DNA of 42,777 nucleotides from Chiloscyllium plagiosum (lineage: Eukaryota): the NCBI RefSeq assembly GCF_004010195.1, contig NW_025215369.1:54377-97153 (forward strand). The letters are read 5' to 3'. The notes beneath the pieces are model-generated. The model was not told the origin of the DNA. It worked only from the letters and a program-made list of their open reading frames with translations, and searched no databases. Position numbers and translations under genes: made by a program. Positions 35,782 to 42,777 of the stretch are shown here, piece after piece (position 1 is the first letter of the stretch; every line of letters starts with the position of its first letter).

Positions 35782-37319
35782 CCATGGCGTTCTGATTTAG
35801 TGTACTAGATGGCCTTGAAGGAAGAATTCGGAATATTTTGTGTGCAGGACGAGAGGTAATATTTTGTTGTGCTAAGCTGTTTTGCTTGTTTATTTATTCA
35901 TTAACTACTTTTATTGCTTTTTCTGTTTTGCACATGTGTATAGTTTTGTTTTGGTCGTATTGTTGTTGTTGTGGAGTTTTTTCTCTTTTTCTGTTGTTAT
36001 ATGTATATAGAATAATGTTTGCTGGTGTTGTAATTTATCTTTCTTTTATAATTTTGTAAAAAAAAAGTTTAATAAAAATAAGGACAACACAGATCAAAAT
36101 TCAATGTATTGGCCTAACGAATGACAAACGTCCAATAATTTCTGTGAAATATTGATATGTTTTTACGTATAAAAAGCTTGCCAAACCTGCTGCAGTACTA
36201 TTATCAATAAAAACTGATATTTTTGAATATTGTCAATCTTTTTGCTCTCACTGGTCCCAGGTGTTTAGCTAATTTTAATCCAATTCGACAGGTTCCCCGT
36301 TTTTAGGCGTCAAGCTGCCCAATTATAAAGGGCGGCTACTCCAATGCAGTCTAATCAGAAATTTCCTGTCATAGCGTGAACAGTCAAAATAGTGCCATCA
36401 AGCTCCCTCGTGCAGAGGATGCTCTGTTGGCCTCCCAACACCACTGTGCAGCAGGTAGTAGGAGAACCCTCAAGGATTCCGAAAGGGAGAGAGGGGCAGA
36501 AACACCTCACAGAACCATCCAAACTGACAGCACCATCAACACAGAGCAACACACGGACACATAACTGCACAATGCTGGTGTGAAAAGGGTTGTAATTGAA
36601 TTAAGGTCTCTCAGTGTCGAACAAAGTGGAGAAATGTCATGCTCCCTCTGCAATGTGGAAATGATTTGTCTTTGAACATTATTCCTAACATTATACACAT
36701 TAAATATAATGTTTCTACTGCAATTGTATCAACACCTCTGAGTGATCCATTTCATAAGGAGACGGTGAATTTTATTGCACTTGCTGCAGCTTACAATGTT
36801 TTCTGATGTTCTCTCACAAATTCTAAATGAGAAAGAATTCAAAGGTGGAGGGTATGAGACTAACACTGGGCATGCTCATCTCATTTTCCTCATATGTCAG
36901 AGACAAAATCGTAAGGGATCGGGGCAAGATTACTCTGTGAAAGACATTCTTTGAAGATGGAAACAAATGTGCAATGTAAAACATTAAAAGACTTTCATGT
37001 TCCCCCCCAAAGAAAATCTGCTGCCTGTGCAGTGGCACGGGGAGTCCAGCAGAGAGTGGATGTTGTATCACTTTAAACACAAAATGGACAGAGAGATAGA
37101 GAGAGACAGAGAAAGAGAGAGGTTTCACCCCCAAAACAATAAAGACTCCAACTGGACAGAGACACAGACATACACAGAATCATAGAGATATGCGGTTACA
37201 TTCCCAGGCTGAAGTCTGTCCCTCATGGGAGACAGTGAGTATGAGAAACCATCGAGGGAGCTGGGACCCACTGGAATACTGAGTATAACTCCTTCAGTCT
37301 GTCCATGTGTAAACTTGGT

Positions 37320-37520
37320 GTTTCTTTCTATCTAACTGTTGCCCTTCTCTCTCATTCTCTGTCCTTCTCTCTCTCTCTGTACTTCTCCCACTCCCCTTGT
37401 CTCTTTCTGTCCTTCTCTTTCACTCTCTCTCTCAAGCATTCTCCATCCCCACTCTTTGTCTCTCTCTCTCGCTTTCTCCCTCACCCTCCCATTCTCCCTC
37501 ACTTTATCTCCATTTCACCT
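37320..37520 (+). repeat. CT-rich low-complexity tract
   Basis: Composition. Confidence 0.8.
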
Positions 37521-38174
37521 GAAAGTGCCCACCAAATATTGAACCCCCTCAAAAATATTTTATCCCTCAATTTCACGCTGCTCCTAAACTTATGCCGTTC
37601 CCCAAATCTGCACCCCCAAATATTTTGCTGACCCCAATACTGCGCTGAACCCTATTCCCTGGGGCAGAAGTAAATAAGTCTGTGTGAACTGACTGACCTG
37701 TGATTGACTGCTTTAATGCACAGCAAGATCCCAGTGCCAGAATTACTGAGTCTTACATCACAAAGGAGTTATTTTAGCCCGTCATGTCTGCACCCCTTCC
37801 CCAATTGAATGATCCATGTCCTGTCCTGCTCCTCAGGATTTGCCCAAATGGCATCATTGAATACCCTTCCTGTTGAGACTGATCCTCTGCTCTGTCTCAC
37901 ACTCTGACTCTTGTTCTGTCCCTCCTCCATCTGTCTCTCCTACAACTGCCCCTCCCTCTTCTCCACTCAAAAAAAAACCCGTAACACACTCCCCCCTCTC
38001 TCAGGCCTCTCCTTTTTGACCATTCTCCCACTCAGGAATTTACAGGCATGGCCACTGTCTAATTGACCCCCTTCTCCTCCCCTCGCAGACTCACAGCCCC
38101 TGGGATGAAAGACATGGTGCAGAGACTAACTTGCTTTTTGACTGACTACTATAATTCACAGCAAGCTCCCAGCT

Positions 38175-38777
38175 TGTAGATATCCCCTGGCCACACAATC
38201 AATGAGAAAGGTACTTCATGCAGCTTCCACTCCCCCCATCGAAGTTTTGCTGGCCCAAAACAAGACTCAGACAAGTATTTGAATTGTCCAAAACCAGTCT
38301 TTATTTAATCACACATGGGGAGAGGTTCTATAAACAAGTATAGGACGCATCTCCAAATTGTTATTCAAATTACAGTCTTTTATAACAAAAACCATGAGAA
38401 AACCTGCATATGACTTATTCATTTTAGTAACAAGCACAGTTTTGATATATCCTGATAAAAAGGAATGAAGCTACATTTTTACAGTTACATATTCAGTATA
38501 CTAGAGATCACAGCTTGTTCAGATCACAGAAACTGTGTGTTTCTTCCCAAAGATTCAATTGGTCCTAAACTCACTAAACCTCTTTGATTATGACTACAAC
38601 ATGTCTGCTTGACGAACAAGTTGTTTGCTTTAAAATGATTACGGCTTTATACTTATAGCTAAGTGTCTTTATTATTTATAATCATATATTTTAATCCTCA
38701 ACTATTTTGTCTTTTCTGTAATCATTAAGCTATTCCATCTTTCATGCTGGCCAAAGAAGCAGTTTTATTCTTGCACA
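38175..38777 (-). mobile_element. Probable LTR (603 bp) preceded by a PPT
   Basis: Minus strand: GGGGGAGGGGGA (38778-38789), then TGT..ACA ends, TATAAAA (38378-38384) and AATAAA (38300-38305) in U3-R order. Confidence 0.5.
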
Positions 38778-38929
38778 TCCCCCTCCCCCGTTTGGACAAC
38801 AGTGGGGGTAAAATCTCGGAGAGCTGGTGGGGAAAGGTAGATCCCACTGCATTAACTGTCCAACTCCCTTTGGCACTGAGACCAAATGCTTCCAATGTCC
38901 CTTCCCTCGTCATTGGGGCAGAGCAGAGG

Positions 38930-39470
38930 AATCTGGGAGAAAGAGGGAGTGAAAATGCAGCGAGAGAATGGTAGGACAGACAGATAGAAGGAGGGAGAGA
39001 ACAAGAGGAGAGACGAACAGAGGGAGGGGGAGAACAAGAGAAGGACGGAGAGACAGATTGAAGAAGAGAGAGAACGAGAGAAGGGCCAAGACAACGGGAG
39101 GGCGTGGGAGAATAAGAGAAGGACAAACAGACAGACAGAGGGAGGGAGAAGACAAGAGAAGGGCAGACAGAAAGATAGATAGTAAAAACTCAGAGTTATA
39201 AAAAAAAGAATGTCAAACATTTATAGACAGAAAGAAGGAATAGAGGGAGAGAAAACCCAGGGAGAGAAAGAGAGAAGTGCAGACAGAGAGCAAGAGCGAA
39301 ATCCCAGGGAGAATTTTCTGACAGAGAGGGAGAGAGAGAGAGTTGAAACAACAGAAAGGGAGAGATGAGAGAGAGTGGTGTGCTGTTGCAATGCAGACAG
39401 AATGAAATACAGACAAGAAAAGCAAGATCCCAAAGAACTGCGAAAGATGCTGGGAGAGAGAGGGGTAACA
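38930..39470 (+). repeat. GA-rich low-complexity tract
   Basis: Composition. Confidence 0.85.
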
Positions 39471-39554
39471 ATGCTGGTTTTGGAAAGATTGCACAGTTAG
39501 GAATTTCTGAACAAAAATGGCGAGGTGACAAATAGTTTTGGGAAGGAATTTTTA

Positions 39555-39883
39555 AATTTACTCAAACGATGAGGGTGCCACTGGCTAGGCAGTATGTATT
39601 GCCCATTGCTAATTTCCCAGAGGGCAGTTAATAGTCAAACACATTGCTGTGGGTCTGGAATCACATGCAGGCCAGAACCCCAGCTTCCTTCTCTAAAGGA
39701 CATTAGTGATCCAGATGGGTTTTTCCACCAATCAATTCATGGTCATCATTAGACTCTTAATTCCAGATCTTTATTGAATACAAATTCCACTATCTGCCAT
39801 GGTAGGATTCAAACCCAGATCCCCAGAACAACATCTGGGTTTCTGGATTAACCGTCCAGCAATATTACCACTAGGCCATTGCC
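39555..39883 (-). mobile_element. tRNA-derived SINE, SacSINE1/DeuSINE-like
   Basis: Minus-strand head ggcaatggcctagtggtaa..gggtttgaatcctaccatggcag (A/B boxes). Family name is from recall only. Confidence 0.65.
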
Positions 39884-40687
39884 TCTGCTGCAGGAGAATA
39901 TGAAGAGGGCAGAGATGTGAAGGATGGTGAGAGGTGGGGTTTAAAGGGAAGATGTAGGAGAGACAGCTGGGAATATGGAAGTGGACATGAGAGAGGGAGT
40001 CAATGAAATCTGTGGGATCAGACTGCACAGCAGCCTCCTCCTCATCGTTTTGCCCCTTTGTCCCCCCATCCCACCAGACAGCCTGGACTCTAGAATTCTT
40101 TTCCAAACGAACAAGGAGGCAGGACTATTTTTATTTATTCTCTCCCTCTGATTCCAGTTCTGTTCTGAAACTTCCTCATGGCAGAAAGATTTGAATCTCT
40201 CTGTCTCTGTATTGTCCGAGTTTCAGCTCCAAAATCAAATGCTGAATCAGTCATGATACTATTGAATGGCCTACTTATGTTCCGATTTAGGATGGTCTTA
40301 TGTTCTTAATGCTATCTCCACCTCTTGGCCCAAACACTGGAGGCTAGGACTACACAAGGGACTGATCTTCCGAGAGTTTCTGAAGGAATCAGCCTTTCAG
40401 AATTTCAGTTCCGGACTCTGAATGAGAATTAAAATCTCCTCGAGAATCCTCTTAATCTCTCACCGCTAGATGGAGCAGCCCAATCACGGGGAAGCAAAAG
40501 GCAGGCCAGATGTATTCTCTTTTCCAGCTCCATTTGGGAAGGACACATGGGAGGGGCTTGTTTCCTTCATCAGCTTCCCGTGCTCTCCCTTTGGCTGGAG
40601 AGGACCAAATAGCTTTACTCCTGGCTTCTATAGAGGTGCAAGTTGACTATGATTGGGTTATACAGGGCATGCCCCTTGGATTGAGGT

Positions 40688-40830
40688 TAGTTAGCTCAGC
40701 TGGCTAAGTGCAAAGTGATGCCAACAGCAGGAGTTTAATTCCCATGCCAGCTGGGGTCACTATGCAGTACTCTGCTTTTCAACCTCTCTTCTCGCATGAG
40801 GCATGGTGATCCCCGATTAAACCACCACCA
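40688..40830 (+). mobile_element. Short tRNA-derived SINE
   Basis: tagctcagctgg A box, gagtttaattccc B-box-like, ends aaaccaccacca; related copies at 7128 and 21650. Confidence 0.6.
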
Positions 40831-40850
40831 ATTATGCTAAGAAATAGCTT

Positions 40851-42590
40851 GGATAGATAAGCAGGAGGCGAGAAGAACACAGCAAGCCAAGCAACATCAG
40901 GAAGTGGAGAAGTCCACATTTCGGGCATAACTCTTCAGCAGAACTGGGGGTGGGGATAAGGGGAGCTGCAGATAAAGGTGCGCGAGGATTGTAGTTGGGT
41001 AGACGGGTGGGGAGGTGAGTGGTAAATGCGGGTAGAGGATATGGCCTGGTTGGTCAATGGGAGAATCATTCAGATTGGTAGCTGGAAGGAAGGGTCAGTC
41101 AGAAGAAGGGAAGCGAGGAGGAGTGGCTCGAAAGGAAGTCAGGGGATGGGATGGGAGGTTATTTGAAATTGGAGAACTCAACGTGAAGTCTTCCAGGCTG
41201 TTGGCTGCCCAGGCGGAAGATGAGATATTGTTCCTCTAACGCATGGTCTGATTCACTGTGGCAACACAGAAGGGTCATGTCAAAGAGGGAATGGGAAGGG
41301 GAATTTGTAGTGAGCGATGACTGGGAAGTCAGGTCAGCCTTCGTGGCCCTGACTGAGATGCTCTGTGAAACATGCCCTTAGTTAATGTTTGGTCTCGCCA
41401 ATGTAGAGAAGACCAGATCGGGAGCACTGGATACAGTAAACTAGGTTGGAGGAGGGGCAGGTGAACCTCTGTCTCACCTGGAAAGACTGTTCAGGGACCT
41501 GGATGGAGATGAGGTGGGAGGTGTGCTGGCAGAATTTGCATCTTTTAATGTTGCAGGGGAAGGTACCAGGAGTCTGATGGACTGGTGGAGAGACTGGCAG
41601 GAACCAAGGACTGTCGAAGGGAATGGTCCTTGCAGAAGGCAGACAGAGGTGTGGAGTGGAAGATATTCTTGGTGGTGGGGTCCAGTTGGAGTTGGTGGAA
41701 GTGTTTAGAGGATGATGTATTGGATACAGAGACTGGTGGGGTGGAAGGTGAGGACAAGGGGGACCCTGTCTTTATTGCGTTTTGGGGGGAGTCTGTTTAG
41801 AGCAGTGGAGTGAGGAATTTTCCTGAACCCCTGGTGCCTTCCACTGCAACCATAAAACTTGCAAACCTTCTGTCACATTACACATCCACACCTCCATTCG
41901 GGGCCCCGAACAGCCCTTCCAGGTGAGACACAGGTTCATCTGCCTCCCGTATAACCTAGTTTACTGTATCCAGTGCTCCCGATGTGATCTTCTCTATATC
42001 AGTGAGACCAAATGTAAACTAAGGGCAGGTTGCACCGAGCCTCTCAGTCAGCCAGCAATGGCCTATTTGACCTCCCACTCACTGCCCACTACAATTCGCC
42101 TTCCAATTTCATCTCCGACTTGACCATCCTCGGCCTCCCTCATTGCCACACGAATTAGACTACAAATTGGAGGAACAAGACCTCATCTTCCACCTGGGCA
42201 GCCAAAAGCCTGGAGGACTTAACATTGAGATCTCCAATTTAAAATAACCTTCATTCCCATCCCCCGACTCCCTTTCCAGTACCCTCCTCCTCCCCTCCAT
42301 ATCTCTAACCGAGCCTGCCTTCCAGCTACCGACTGGATTCATTCCTCCCATCGACCAAACAGGCCATACCCTCCATCTGTGGTCACTACTTTCCCCACTC
42401 CGCCCGTCTCAACACCGTCCCTTTATCTGCAGCTCCCCTTCCCCAACACCCTGCCCCCAGCCCTGAAGAAGGGTTATACCTGAAAAGCTGCCTTTTCTAC
42501 CTCCTGATGCTGCCAGGTTTGCTGTGTCCTTCCAGCCTCCTGCCTGTCTGCCATGGTTTCCAGCATCTGTCGTTTTTTTTGACTCTAACA
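40851..42590. mobile_element. Neptune-like PLE fold-back insertion with GIY-YIG in both arms; 12-bp TSD
   Basis: TSD aagaaatagctt at 40839-40850 and 42591-42602. Minus arm to ~41815, plus arm from ~41820. Both arms read NLVYCIQCSR..LLYI.ET. Decayed hammerheads at ~40915-40938 (-) and 42463-42489 (+). Confidence 0.92.
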
Positions 42591-42777
42591 AAGAAATAGC
42601 TTAGGCAAATCAAGTGAACTGTCAGATAGACGGACCAAGTCTGTGAGGGATATAGGTAAATTAATGTTTCTTCTGCAGTTCTGCAATTATAATTTCTGAT
42701 ACAAGGTGAATGAACTCACACCAGTGTGTAATTGTTTTAGCCAAGAGCTGAGTCAACAAGAATGGAAACATGTGGAG

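Larger units (their letters stand above)
30481..36080 (+). mobile_element. Full-length decayed L1-clade LINE (~5.6 kb)
   Basis: G22 and AAGATGG at the 5' end; ORF1 and ORF2 remnants; GT-rich 3' UTR; A-run and AATAAA at 36058-36080. Confidence 0.92.

Noticed and set aside
36355..37185. Short ORFs in apparently unique sequence as host exons
   Set aside because: No recognisable domain or consistent exon chain.
38725..39531. Ser/Leu/Pro- and Arg/Glu-rich ORFs
   Set aside because: Translations of GA/CT low-complexity sequence.

Overview
Eukaryotic, not prokaryotic, DNA: a transposon-saturated region most likely from a shark or other elasmobranch. This is inferred from HE1-type SINEs, HER1/CR1 LINEs and GPR139-like receptors; no database search was possible. 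Host genes are two divergently oriented, apparently pseudogenised GPR139-like 7TM receptor genes (1-681 minus; exon 1 at 7626-7692 and exon 2 at 10855-11765 plus). The rest is nested retroelements: many CR1/HER1 LINEs; three HE1 SINEs and other tRNA-derived SINEs; two families of Penelope-like elements (PLEs) with GIY-YIG endonuclease, inverted-repeat architecture, 10-12 bp target-site duplications (TSDs) and minimal hammerhead-ribozyme motifs; a decayed gamma/epsilon-type endogenous retrovirus (integrase, env, PPT, start of 3' LTR); a full-length but dead L1; a probable second LTR; and a 2.5-kb 29-bp minisatellite containing DR5-type nuclear-receptor motifs and palindromic E-boxes. An assembly gap lies at 19048-19613. 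No intact protein-coding gene was found, and most ORF-track entries are TE fragments or artefacts. Element boundaries are approximate unless a TSD or splice site is quoted.
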